Source of the DNA: an uncultured delta proteobacterium
GTDB lineage: Bacteria; Myxococcota_A; Polyangia; Polyangiales; Polyangiaceae
Reading direction: 5' to 3'
Length of the DNA stretch: 64,000 bases
Assembly: GCA_963763745.1 (NCBI GenBank)
Contig: CAVXQJ010000016.1
Span: 193,029 to 257,028, forward strand
This document shows, one piece after another, positions 1 to 11,853 of the stretch (positions are counted from its first letter, which is position 1; the number at the start of each line of letters is the position of its first letter). The notes below the pieces were generated by a model, which made no database searches, was not told the DNA's origin, and saw nothing but the letters and a program-made list of their open reading frames with translations. The translations under genes were made by a program, and so were the position numbers.

Positions 1-105
1 GCCGCCGTCTTTGCCGTCACCGTTGCCGCCGCCACACGCCGAAGCCACGACGCACGAAAGCGCGGCGAGCGAGAGCGCGACCGCGAGGCGCACACGAAAG
101 CTCAT
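1..105 (-). CDS. Partial lipoprotein (N-terminus only; the rest lies beyond the window start)
   Basis: Minus-strand ATG at 103-105 followed by MSFRVRLAVALSLAALSCVVASACGGG..., a signal peptide plus lipobox. Truncated by the window edge. Confidence 0.35.
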   Translation of the reverse strand, partial: MSFRVRLAVALSLAALSCVVASACGGGNGDGKDGG

Positions 106-117
106 CGTGCGAGTCTA

Positions 118-920
118 TCACTGCGGTTCGCAGTCGCCGTCGGCGTTCGACCACAATTCGGTGACGTAGTAGCCGTCGAAGTTGACCGGGAAGTTGCACA
201 GGTCTCCGACCTCGCCGCCCGCGGGGTCGATGTCGGCGTCGCTGTACCAACCGGCCGACGGAATCGGATCGGTCACCATCTCCGCGATTTCGTGCGTGAC
301 CGTGACGGGAAACGCGCCGCACGCCGGAATCACCGAGTAGGGCTCGATGCCGTCGTGCGAGTGGTAACCGAGCGCCCACGAGCACGTGTCGCCGCCGCCG
401 AGGTTCACGTTGACGCCGCTCGGCAAGAAAACGATGTACGCGTTCGCCGCTCCGCTCTCGGGTGCGGGGAGCGCCGCGATCGCGGTTTTGATGCGCGATT
501 CGAGCGTCCAAGAATCGATGAAGCCGCCTTGGATGTCGTTCGGCTGAAAGAACGTAGTCGAGTCGACCGCGACGCCGTCGATGAATGACCCGTAGCCGAC
601 GCCATACTGCGCGAGGATCGACCAATAGTTGGTCGACGTGACCATCCACGTGAGGAGCGTATCGAAGTTCTTCGGAACGTTTTGCCCGGAGCCGACGTAG
701 AGCGCGCGCAGCTGCATCGAGCTCAGGACGACGCCTTGGTGTGGCGTCATGCGATTGAACGGCACCTTCACCGCGGCTTCTTCTTCCGCGGCATCGTGTA
801 CCGACGCCTCGATCGGTTTGTGACCGTATTGAACGTCGCCCCCCGCGTCTCCCGCGTCGCTCGTGTCCGTGCCGCCACCACACGCACAGAGAGCGAAGGT
901 AAGCAGCGCGAGGGTCCTCA

Positions 921-921
<1 letters not shown>
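118..921 (-). CDS. Secreted lipoprotein, hypothetical (possible metallopeptidase-like HEIAEM motif)
   Basis: C-terminal 267 aa of the artefactual 118..3858 ORF. Starts MRTLALLTFALCACGGG (lipobox); the rest has protein-like composition. ATG at 919-921 overlaps the acnA stop (TGATG). Confidence 0.7.
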
Positions 922-3566
<2,645 letters not shown>

Positions 3567-3718
3567 GCGCCGCCTCTATCACAAGGATGGATCTGGATCG
3601 ACCTCGCACCACGCGTGTGATCCATTCACGCACGCTCGGTGCGCGAACGCCCGAGAATCGCGAAGAACTTGATTCGGCGTCGCAATTGCATAGATAAGGG
3701 CGCTTGCCGATTTCGACC

Positions 3719-4243
3719 ATGGATACTCTTCCGAGATTTCGACTTCCCGACGAGAGCTCTTCGCGCGACGTGACGAGCGTCCGGCGCGCGCTCAACGCGC
3801 TCGAGTTCGACGACTTGGCGCCGACGACCGTGATCGCCTCGCCGAATCGGCTCGTCATCGATCGGAAAGTGCACGCGCGCGTGGCGCACGCGACCGCCGC
3901 GAACGTCGATGACGTCGTCGAGGAGCTTCGCGCGGCCGCAGCAGGCCGAAAAGCGCGCGTTCGCGAGCTCGAGTCGAAAGACCTGCTCGATGAAGGCGCC
4001 GACGCGAGCTCGGAGCGCGTGCATCAAGTCGACGAGAGCGAGCTCGTCTTCGATCGTCCAGTGACGCCGCGCGAGGTGTGGAACGTGCGCCAAGCCGCGC
4101 GCCCGACCGAGCTCTCGATCATGGGTCCGACGGAGGCGCCCACGCGCTTTCTCGCGACCGCCGCGCTCGCGATGTTCGTGGGCGCATGCCTTGCGATCGC
4201 CGTCGCGCTCGTGGCATGGCGCCTCACCGGCTTCCACCTGTAA
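3719..4243 (+). CDS. Hypothetical protein with a C-terminal TM anchor
   Basis: ORF 3704..4243 with protein-like composition and a C-terminal hydrophobic helix (FLATAALAMFVGACLAIAVALVAW). Divergent from acnA. Confidence 0.5.
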   Translation: MDTLPRFRLPDESSSRDVTSVRRALNALEFDDLAPTTVIASPNRLVIDRKVHARVAHATAANVDDVVEELRAAAAGRKARVRELESKDLLDEGADASSERVHQVDESELVFDRPVTPREVWNVRQAARPTELSIMGPTEAPTRFLATAALAMFVGACLAIAVALVAWRLTGFHL

Positions 4244-4330
4244 CGCAAACTGCCAGCCTCACTGGTATGAGGGGTTTTTAGGGCGATTTCCATCTGGACA
4301 GACCTCGCGTGCGAGCGGAGACTTCTCCGC

Positions 4331-5191
4331 GTGAGAGCGCCCGAGAGCACCGGCAAGTTGGACACGGTGGAGACCAACCCGCTTCCGCACGTTTCGAGCG
4401 CGCGCGCGTGGGATGCACTGGCGCCGAAAGCGCCGCCGCGTCCTTCACGACCGCTCGTCTCGCTGCCGAAGGCGGCGCCCGTCATTCGGGTGAAGCCGCG
4501 CGCGGATCGCACCGAAGAGATTTGCGCCGAGGACATCATGGTGATCGTCCCGCCGCGCGCCGCAGCACCGTCCAGCGAAGAGCTCGACGATTCGGATCTC
4601 GAAATCGAAGTCGAGCACGCGGCGCCGGAGTTTCGTCCTCCGGCATTTTCGGTTCACGCGACGCAAGAGATCTTGGTGGAGGACGTGATCGAAGTGGCGA
4701 ACGCGCCGCTCCCGCCGCCTCCGCCCGTTCCATATTTCGCGCAGCCGCAAGCGCAAGAGCGTCCGTCGTCGATCCCGCCGCCGTGGACGGTCGACGCACA
4801 CAGCGCCGTCGACGAGTTCGAGTTCCCGACGCCGCCGCAATATTCGGGACCGCATCCGGCGATCTCCGCGCGCATCACCGCGTTCTCGGCGACGCAAGTG
4901 TTCCGCCGTCGCAGCGCGAACATGAAGGTCGTCATCGCGAGCGTGAGCCTCGCCGCGTCGGTCGTGCTCATCGCGGGCATCGCGCGCCTCGCGCCGAGCG
5001 CGTCGTTCGGCAGCGAAGGTCCGGTTGGCATCTCGGTTCATTCGCCGAAGAAGCTCGACAGTAGCGTTCGCGGTCGCACGCTCGCCTACGGACGCGCAAC
5101 GCACGTCTCGCAAGTCGCGGACGTTGCCGCGATCTCGATCGACTCGCTCCCGCTGTCTCATGACTGGGCCCACACGCGCCACCACTACTGA
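4331..5191 (+). CDS. Proline-rich membrane protein, hypothetical
   Basis: 286-aa ORF with Pro-rich segments and one TM helix (VVIASVSLAASVVLIAGIA). The competing frames are Arg-rich junk. Confidence 0.45.
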   Translation: MRAPESTGKLDTVETNPLPHVSSARAWDALAPKAPPRPSRPLVSLPKAAPVIRVKPRADRTEEICAEDIMVIVPPRAAAPSSEELDDSDLEIEVEHAAPEFRPPAFSVHATQEILVEDVIEVANAPLPPPPPVPYFAQPQAQERPSSIPPPWTVDAHSAVDEFEFPTPPQYSGPHPAISARITAFSATQVFRRRSANMKVVIASVSLAASVVLIAGIARLAPSASFGSEGPVGISVHSPKKLDSSVRGRTLAYGRATHVSQVADVAAISIDSLPLSHDWAHTRHHY

Positions 5192-5228
5192 CAGCGCAGC
5201 GACGTTGATTTAGGTTGCCCGCACCCGG

Positions 5229-6498
5229 ATGCGGAAAACCCTCGGTCTCGCGCTCGCGCTCGCTCTTCTCTCGTGCTCGAACTCGAAGGCGACGAAGCCG
5301 ACCGTGGAGGCCGCGACGACGACGCCGCCCGTCGCGAGCTCCGCCGCGCAAGTCGAAGTGGACGCTTCGGCCGTCGTGGACGCCGCGCCGCCACCCGAGG
5401 TGCTCGCGGGCGGCGGATTTCGCGGCCCAAGCGAAGTCGCTCTTTCGCATCGCCGCATGCGGTGACGCGACGTCGCCAGTTCCCGAAGCGTTCGAAGCTC
5501 CCGTCGTCGACGGCCACTGCAAAGAGATGGCGTCGATGATTGCAGAATACAAGAAGTCGTGGTGCGACGTCGCGATGCCGTTCATCGCGAAGCTCGTCCC
5601 CGCCACCGCGCCGAAGACCGTCGTCTATCCGTTCGGCGGCGGCGATCTGCTCGGCGAGCTCGCGACGTATCCGAACGCGACCGAGGTGACGACGATCTCG
5701 CTCGAGATCGCCGCGGACGTTCGCAAGGTCGACGTGATCCCGAAGGGTCGTCTCCAACCCGAGCTCGCGCGCTATCGGATCGTCCTCGGCAAGCTCTTCG
5801 AAAAAGCCCACTCGCGCACCGACAACCTCGACATCGGATCGAAGAGCGTCTTGCCCGGCGAGATCGTCTTCGATCTCGTCGCGATGGTCGTGCATGGCTT
5901 CGAGCCCACGAGCCTGCGCTACTTCAAATTCAACGACGACGGCACGCTCCACTACTTCGAGCAATCCGAGATCGACGCAGCAGACGCCGCGGTGAAGGCC
6001 GGAAGAAAGACGCGCGCGGAGATCGACGACGCCTTCTTCTCGAACATGGAGCTTCGCTTCCGCAAAGTCGGAACGACCGAGACGCGCATCCTCCGGCATG
6101 TCGCGTTCAACCTCGACGACAACCACATGAAGGCGAACCCGCGCCTCGAAAAATATTTGAACGCGCGCGGCCCGAAGATCTCGCCGATGACGAAAGCCGC
6201 GAGCCACCTCCTCTGGTCGGACGATTTCTCGATCATCCGCAACTACCTCGCGACGCACATGGACTGGATGATCTCCGACTCGACCGGCTTCACGCCCGCG
6301 TACGCGAAGAAGATGGGATTCGTCCAAGACACGTACGGCACGTACACGTGGCCCGAGCCGTTCGGCACCGTCGACGTGAAGAACGCGACCGACTTGAACA
6401 AGCTCTTCGCGTCGAACCCGCACACGGACATCACGTTCCGCTACGGCTACCCCGACAAAGATCACCACGGCCACATCGTCGTCACGCGCAAGCCATGA
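5229..6498 (+). pseudogene. Lipoprotein with an apparent frameshift near 5400-5410 (sequencing error or authentic)
   Basis: The signal/lipobox ORF (MRKTLGLALALALLSCSNS, 5229..5465) runs into the protein-like tail of ORF 5215..6498 (…[17 protein letters not shown]…VVTRKP) in another frame. The stop overlaps the thyA start (ATGA). Confidence 0.5.
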
Positions 6499-7349
6499 AG
6501 CCGTATCTCGATCTTCTTCGTCGTGTGATGGACGAAGGAACGGATCGTCCCGACCGCACCGGCACGGGAACGCGCAGCGTGTTCGGGCACCAGATGCGAT
6601 TCGATCTCGCCGAGTCGTTTCCGCTCGTGACGACGAAGAAGGTTCACCTCCGTTCGATCCTCCACGAGCTTTTGTGGTTTTTGCGCGGAGAAACCCGCGT
6701 CGAATCCTTGCAGAATGCAAAGGTTTCGATTTGGGACGAGTGGGCGACCGCGGAGCAAACGGCGCGCTTCGGTCGCAAAGCGGGCGACCTCGGCCCCGTG
6801 TACGGACACCAGTGGCGGAACTTCGGCGCAACGCCGCGCGCGGATGGAACGTGGGAGAGCGACGGCGTCGATCAGATCGAGCGCTTGCTCGTCGACCTCC
6901 GCGAGAAACCATTCTCGCGCCGTCACATCGTCACCGGATGGAACCCGAAGGAAGCGGACCAAGTCGCGCTCCCGCCGTGCCACACGCTCTTCCAATTTTA
7001 CGTCATGGAGAAGAACGGCACGTGCTCGCTGTCATGCCATCTCTATCAACGAAGCGGCGACGTCTTCCTCGGCGTGCCGTTCAACATCGCGAGCTACGCG
7101 CTCCTCACGATGATGATCGCGCAAGTGAGCGGCATGCGGCCCGGCGAATTCGTTCACTCGTTCGGCGACGCGCACCTCTACTCGAACCACTTCGACCAAG
7201 CGCGCCTCCAGCTCTCGCGCGAGCCGCGCAAATCGCCCGTGATGCGCATCAACCCCGACGTGAAGGATCTCTTCGCATTCAAATTCGAAGACTTCACGCT
7301 CGAAGGTTACGACGCGCATCCCGCGATCAGCGCGCCGGTCGCAGTGTGA
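6495..7349 (+). CDS. thyA: Thymidylate synthase
   Basis: [31 protein letters not shown]…[11 protein letters not shown]… is a classic ThyA sequence. Confidence 0.95.
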   Translation: MKPYLDLLRRVMDEGTDRPDRTGTGTRSVFGHQMRFDLAESFPLVTTKKVHLRSILHELLWFLRGETRVESLQNAKVSIWDEWATAEQTARFGRKAGDLGPVYGHQWRNFGATPRADGTWESDGVDQIERLLVDLREKPFSRRHIVTGWNPKEADQVALPPCHTLFQFYVMEKNGTCSLSCHLYQRSGDVFLGVPFNIASYALLTMMIAQVSGMRPGEFVHSFGDAHLYSNHFDQARLQLSREPRKSPVMRINPDVKDLFAFKFEDFTLEGYDAHPAISAPVAV

Positions 7350-7354
7350 TAGTC

Positions 7355-7766
7355 GGGCTTTGGGCTTTGGGCCTTGGGCTTTGGGAAGAATGAGTCGCGA
7401 TCATTCGAAACTCAAAGTGTTTGCGATGGCGGACGAGTTGGTCGTCGCGGTGTACGCCGCGACTTCGGCGTTTCCGAAACACGAACAGTTCGGGTTGGTA
7501 TCGCAACTTCGTCGCGCCGCCGTTTCGATTCCGACAAACATCGTCGAAGGTTGCGCCCGCCAGACAACACGCGATTACGTGCATTTTCTGATCATCGCAC
7601 TCGGTAGCGCGGCGGAGCTTCGATATTTGCTCGACCTCAGTCATCGACTCGGCTTCATGCCGTCGCATGCGCCGCTGGATGCAGCTTGCGAAGCCTTATC
7701 GCGGTCGCTCAACCGGCTCATCGCCGCTCTTCAAACCCAAAGCCCAAAGCCCAAAGCCTGAAGCCC
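7355..7766. mobile_element. Cassette flanked by inverted heptamer repeats, carrying a four-helix-bundle gene, inserted between thyA and folA
   Basis: Left arm 7355-7385 is (GGGCTTT)4GGG. Right arm 7732-7766 is (AAAGCCC)n, its inverted complement. The cassette fills the whole thyA-folA intergenic space. Confidence 0.6.
7390..7761 (+). CDS. Four-helix-bundle protein (23S rRNA intervening-sequence protein family, Avd-like)
   Basis: MSRDHSKLKVFAMADELVVAVYAATSAFPKHEQFGLVSQLRRAAVSIPTNIVEG… matches the family signature. RBS GGGAAG lies upstream. The 3' end (QSPKPKA*) is encoded by the right repeat arm. Confidence 0.85.
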   Translation: MSRDHSKLKVFAMADELVVAVYAATSAFPKHEQFGLVSQLRRAAVSIPTNIVEGCARQTTRDYVHFLIIALGSAAELRYLLDLSHRLGFMPSHAPLDAACEALSRSLNRLIAALQTQSPKPKA

Positions 7767-8249
7767 ATGCTCCGTCCGCTCTGCCTCGTCTTCGCCATGT
7801 CCGACGCGCGCGTCATTGGCAAAGACAACGGTCTTCCGTGGAGCATTCCGGAGGATCTCAAGCACTTCAAGAACGTGACCGTCGGGCACGCGGTGATCTC
7901 CGGACGAAAGACGTATGACTCCGTCGGGAGGCCGCTCCCGAGTCGGCGCAACATCATCGTCACGCGCGACGCCACCTTGAAGCGCGAAGGCGCCGAGGTC
8001 GCGCCGACGCTCGAAGCGGCGCTCGCGCTCGCGTATCAGACGGATGAAGAGCCGCGCGTGCTCGGCGGCTCGGAGATCTTCGCGCTCGCTCTCCCGATCG
8101 CGACGAAGATGATCGTCACGTTCGTTCACCGCGACGTCGAAGGCGACGTGCGCTTTCCGGAGATCGATTGGTCCGCGTGGCGCGAAGTTTCGCGACGCAA
8201 GGCGACGACCGAGCCCGACGTCGAGTTCGTCGAGTACGCGCGCGAGTAA
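7767..8249 (+). CDS. folA: Dihydrofolate reductase
   Basis: MLRPLCLVFAMSDARVIGKDNGLPWSIPEDLKHFKNVTVGHAVISGRKTYDS… is a canonical DHFR N-terminus. ATG at 7767 immediately follows the cassette. Confidence 0.9.
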   Translation: MLRPLCLVFAMSDARVIGKDNGLPWSIPEDLKHFKNVTVGHAVISGRKTYDSVGRPLPSRRNIIVTRDATLKREGAEVAPTLEAALALAYQTDEEPRVLGGSEIFALALPIATKMIVTFVHRDVEGDVRFPEIDWSAWREVSRRKATTEPDVEFVEYARE

Positions 8250-9383
8250 CTACTTCGGAATCGTCGGGACGGCCGACGTGAGGAACGTGAGCGTTCCGCC
8301 GAGCGACGACGGAGGTGTGATCGTCGTCGTGGGTGTCCACCCGCCATCCGCGGCTGCCGAGAAGCGATCGATCGCGCCACCATCGCCGACCAAGTGCGCG
8401 ACGGCGAACATCTCGAGGTTGTCCGGGCTGAGCGCGACCGAAATCGGATCCGTCGCGCTGATGGTGTCGACGAGCGTGAGATCGTCGTTCGACGCAATCT
8501 TGAGGTGATAAACGGCCGTCGGCCCGCTCCCGCTGCGCGGATCGCCCACGTACAGCTCCGATCCGAAGCGCGTCATCAGGTGAAGGCGATCGGCGGTCGC
8601 GATGGTGACCGACGGCGTCACCTCGCTGCCGCTCGGCAACGCGAACTGGCGGATGACGTTTCCGCCCGTGTAGGGAGATCCCGAAGAGACGTATAAACGC
8701 TTTCCGTCGGGCGCCACCGCGAGACCGATCGTCGTCGAGCCCGTGATGGTGAGCACGCCGTCCGATGTCGCGTTGCCTTTGGAGTCGATCGCGAATTTCG
8801 AGATGCTTCCTTGGCCCGCGATTTGGCTGACGTTGGCGGCGTAGAGCTCGTCTTCGGAAGGATCGAAGACGACTTGCCCGACGGCCCCGAGCCCGTTGCC
8901 GCTGATCTCGCCGTTCGCGGCGAAGGTCTGCGTGTTGGCGTCGTAGGTGAATCGCGAAATCGTTCCGCCGGACGTGGGCGGGGCATTGCCCCATCGATTG
9001 CCGACGAAGACCTCCGCCGACTTGTTGCAGAAGGCCAACCCGAGTGGATCGTGCACGAGAGACTTGTCGATCGCCGTGACCTGCGTCGCGGGGCCGTTGT
9101 CGTGATCGATGTTGTAGCGAAGGATGCCACCCCAATCGCTTTGCGCGGGAGATCCGCCGGGCGTCTCCGTGACGAGAATGAAGAAGCTCGTCGACGCTGC
9201 GTCGGCTGCGTCCCCGAACGACGCATCGTCGAAGGTCGGGACGGAAGCGTCCGCGTCGGGCGCGCTGGTATCGGCGACGTCCGCGTCGTTCGTGGGGTTG
9301 GGGATGAAGCCACCCTTGTCCGCCGCGCACGCAGTAACCCCGAAGATGCCAAGCCCGAGCAAGCAACAAACGGTCGACTTCAT
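8250..9383 (-). CDS. Lipoprotein, beta-propeller-like, hypothetical
   Basis: Real part of ORF 8250..9785 beginning MKSTVCCLLGLGIFGVTACAADKG (lipobox). Gly/Ser/Thr-rich repeats suggest a beta-propeller. Confidence 0.7.
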   Translation of the reverse strand: MKSTVCCLLGLGIFGVTACAADKGGFIPNPTNDADVADTSAPDADASVPTFDDASFGDAADAASTSFFILVTETPGGSPAQSDWGGILRYNIDHDNGPATQVTAIDKSLVHDPLGLAFCNKSAEVFVGNRWGNAPPTSGGTISRFTYDANTQTFAANGEISGNGLGAVGQVVFDPSEDELYAANVSQIAGQGSISKFAIDSKGNATSDGVLTITGSTTIGLAVAPDGKRLYVSSGSPYTGGNVIRQFALPSGSEVTPSVTIATADRLHLMTRFGSELYVGDPRSGSGPTAVYHLKIASNDDLTLVDTISATDPISVALSPDNLEMFAVAHLVGDGGAIDRFSAAADGGWTPTTTITPPSSLGGTLTFLTSAVPTIPK

Positions 9384-9454
9384 GTTGAGCCTCCTACGAC
9401 GCATAAGAAGGGGGCGGGCGGCGAAGTGGGTCATGGGAGCTGCGTTACATGGTG

Positions 9455-10225
9455 TTACTTGGCGTGGAGCTCGCGCAGGCGCGCATCGGCGTTTGGGCGC
9501 ATGAGCGCGTCGGGGTGGTTCGCGACGAACGCGCGAAGAGCCTCGATCTCGCCCGGCCGATCTCCGAGCGCGCGCTTCGCTTCGGCGATGCCAAAGCGAG
9601 CTTCCTCGCTCAGCGATCCGTTCGGACGCTCGGCAATCGCGGCTTGGTAGAGGCGCAGCGCGCCGGCCGCATCGTGGAGGTGCTCGAGGCGAATCGACGC
9701 CGCGGCGACGCTCGCCGCGTACGCTTCGGAGCTGTGGGGCGAGCGCGACATCACGTGCTCGTAGGTGCTCTCGGCATCCGACCATTTGCGTTGCGTGCGC
9801 TGCTCGTTCGCCGTGCGGAGCAGGTCTGCGGGCAAGGCGGCTTCCTTCGCCGTGACGCTCGGAGCGGCGGTGACCGCAGGCTCCGGCTCCGACGTCGCGA
9901 CGACCGGCGGCGCCATGGCGCTCGTTTCAGCGATCGTCGCGACGGGCGTCGAGGGTTGCGAAGGTGGCGCGACCGGAGCTTCGGTCCGTGAACCGAAGAC
10001 GCGCGGCAAGAGCGCAGCGAACGCGGTGCCCATCGCGAGCGCGAGCGCCGCTGCGAGCGCGGCGATCCACAAGCGTCGCCTCGGTCGCAACCGGCGCACG
10101 TTCTTCTCTCGGTGCGCTTCATCGATGGCTGCCGCGATGATCGCAGCGCTTCGCTCGGTCGAAATCGGTGCCGCCGGACCAAGGCTTTCATCGAGCGGAA
10201 GCGCGAGATGATCCTCCGTGGTCAT
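9455..10225 (-). CDS. Anti-sigma factor (TM segment plus TPR-like C-terminal domain)
   Basis: ORF 9455..10225 overlaps the upstream ECF sigma gene by ATGA and has one TM helix (LWIAALAAALALAMGTAFAALL). Confidence 0.6.
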   Translation of the reverse strand: MTTEDHLALPLDESLGPAAPISTERSAAIIAAAIDEAHREKNVRRLRPRRRLWIAALAAALALAMGTAFAALLPRVFGSRTEAPVAPPSQPSTPVATIAETSAMAPPVVATSEPEPAVTAAPSVTAKEAALPADLLRTANEQRTQRKWSDAESTYEHVMSRSPHSSEAYAASVAAASIRLEHLHDAAGALRLYQAAIAERPNGSLSEEARFGIAEAKRALGDRPGEIEALRAFVANHPDALMRPNADARLRELHAK

Positions 10226-10743
10226 GACGACTCCTCGAGGCGCTCGCGCAACGCGACGCGACCGTTGCGCAGCCGGCTGCGTACGGTCTCGATCGGGACG
10301 CCCTGCTGATCGGCGATCTCGGGCACGCTCATCTCGAGGACATGATGCAGCACGAGAGCCTCGCGCATCTCTTGGGACAGCGTGTCGAGCGCACGTGCGA
10401 GGCGTCGGCGCGCGAGGTACTCGTCTTGCGAGCTGGCATGATCGACGAGCTCCACGTCGCTGGTCGTTCGCATCGCATCACTGCGCTTGCGTCGCGCTGC
10501 GTCGATCGCCACGCGCGCCACGATGCGGTCGCTCCATGAGGTGAGCTTCCCATCGCCGCGATACGTGTGCAAACCACGGACGATGGCCACGAGGCACTCC
10601 TGCACGGTGTCGTCGATGTCGTCGCCTCTCAAGAAATACCTCACGACGTTTCGAACGCGCGGCATGAGCTCGGTGAGCAGCGAGGTGGCCGCGACGCGAT
10701 CGCCGCGGATGGCCGCAGCCACACGAGGATCGATGCTGCTCAT
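10222..10743 (-). CDS. RNA polymerase ECF-type sigma-70 factor
   Basis: MSSIDPRVAAAIRGD…DTVQECLVAIVRGLHTYRG…LSQEMREALVLHHVLEMSVPEIADQQGVPIETVRSRL shows sigma regions 2 and 4. Confidence 0.85.
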   Translation of the reverse strand: MSSIDPRVAAAIRGDRVAATSLLTELMPRVRNVVRYFLRGDDIDDTVQECLVAIVRGLHTYRGDGKLTSWSDRIVARVAIDAARRKRSDAMRTTSDVELVDHASSQDEYLARRRLARALDTLSQEMREALVLHHVLEMSVPEIADQQGVPIETVRSRLRNGRVALRERLEESS

Positions 10744-10775
10744 TGATGATGGAGGAGCGCGGTCATGGAATCGGG

Positions 10776-11837
10776 TCAAAAAACTTTCGCCTCTAGCTCG
10801 AAGCCGAGGAGCGCGCGAGGCTGCGCGACCGAGGGCGTGAAAACATGGATGAAACCGGTCGGCGTTGCGAGCTCGAACGTCGGAGCGCCCAAGACTGCAT
10901 CGACCCCGACCAACGCGACGATGCCCCACGCGGCTCGCGTCGGTCGCCAACGCCACCGAACCTCCAACCCCGCAAGCCCCGCACCGGAGACGCCGAGCGG
11001 CGCGGCGACGACGGACGGCGATGGGTCGCGAGTCGTGCGCACGTACGCGATCGCACCTGCGCGCACACCGACGTCGAGATCCCAACTCGCGGAGCGGCCC
11101 ACGTCGATGCTCGCGGCGATCGCGAGCACGTCGCGCGCGATGTGGAACGTCGCGTAAGGCGATACGGTGTCGGTCGGCGCGCCCATCGATCCATCGAGGC
11201 GAAGCTCGAAGACGCGCGACCTCACGCCCAACCAGAGAGCCGTATTGGCATTGCCGGCGACGCCATCGGTTCCGATCTGCGCGCCGAGCCCGCCGAACGC
11301 GGCGAGGTCGCCGCCGTGCTTGGGAGGTGGAGGTGCGGGCGTGGCGACTGGTTTCGGTTTCGTGGGAGCGTAGACGGTGCGCTCGACGCCAATCGTTCCA
11401 CCCGCGGCGAGCGCGCGGAGAGCGTTGCGAACGACGAGCGCGGCTTCTTCGAGCGCCGCCGACGTCAAAGGTCCAAGCTCGCTTTGCTGCACCGCTCGAA
11501 CGAGCACGCGACCTGCCGCCGGCTCGGAGATGCACAGCAAGAGTCCCGCGCCTTCGTTGCGCGGCAAGAACCACACGACGACGCGCGCGTGATGCCCGGC
11601 GGCGAGCACATCGGCGCTCGTGAGCTGGGCGGGGAGCGTGGCTTCGAGCGGCGTGTCGTCGGTCGTGAGCGTCACGTCGAGATCGGCGACTTGGCCGAGA
11701 ATGCGCGTGAGAAGCTCGCGCTCGGCGCTGCTCGTCACGCGCACGATCACATCGAGCTTGGGCGCGTCAGCCGCGGCGTTTCGTGCGAGCGAGATGCCCA
11801 CCACGATCGCAAGCGCCAGCCACCCGTGTCGGATCAC
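10776..11837 (-). CDS. Secreted protein, possible outer-membrane beta-barrel (ends …KVF)
   Basis: Protein-like part of ORF 10776..11963 from a GTG start (VIRHGWLALAIVVGISLARNAAADAP signal peptide). C-terminal Phe. First gene of the ECF sigma operon. Confidence 0.5.
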   Translation of the reverse strand: MIRHGWLALAIVVGISLARNAAADAPKLDVIVRVTSSAERELLTRILGQVADLDVTLTTDDTPLEATLPAQLTSADVLAAGHHARVVVWFLPRNEGAGLLLCISEPAAGRVLVRAVQQSELGPLTSAALEEAALVVRNALRALAAGGTIGVERTVYAPTKPKPVATPAPPPPKHGGDLAAFGGLGAQIGTDGVAGNANTALWLGVRSRVFELRLDGSMGAPTDTVSPYATFHIARDVLAIAASIDVGRSASWDLDVGVRAGAIAYVRTTRDPSPSVVAAPLGVSGAGLAGLEVRWRWRPTRAAWGIVALVGVDAVLGAPTFELATPTGFIHVFTPSVAQPRALLGFELEAKVF

Positions 11838-11853
11838 GCCGCCATCATAGGCG

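Noticed and set aside
17-883. 288-aa Arg-rich minus-strand ORF
   Set aside because: Composition is about 30% Arg and it overlaps the real lipoprotein gene in another frame. Artefact.
5185-7349. Long ORFs 5185..6912 (minus) and 5559..7349 (plus, 596 aa)
   Set aside because: Both are Arg-rich and antisense to or overlapping real genes. Only the thyA part of 5559..7349 (6495-7349) is genuine.
7355-7766. Heptamer repeat arrays as a CRISPR array
   Set aside because: The repeats are 7 bp, directly tandem with no spacers, and the two arrays are inverted relative to each other. This is not CRISPR architecture.
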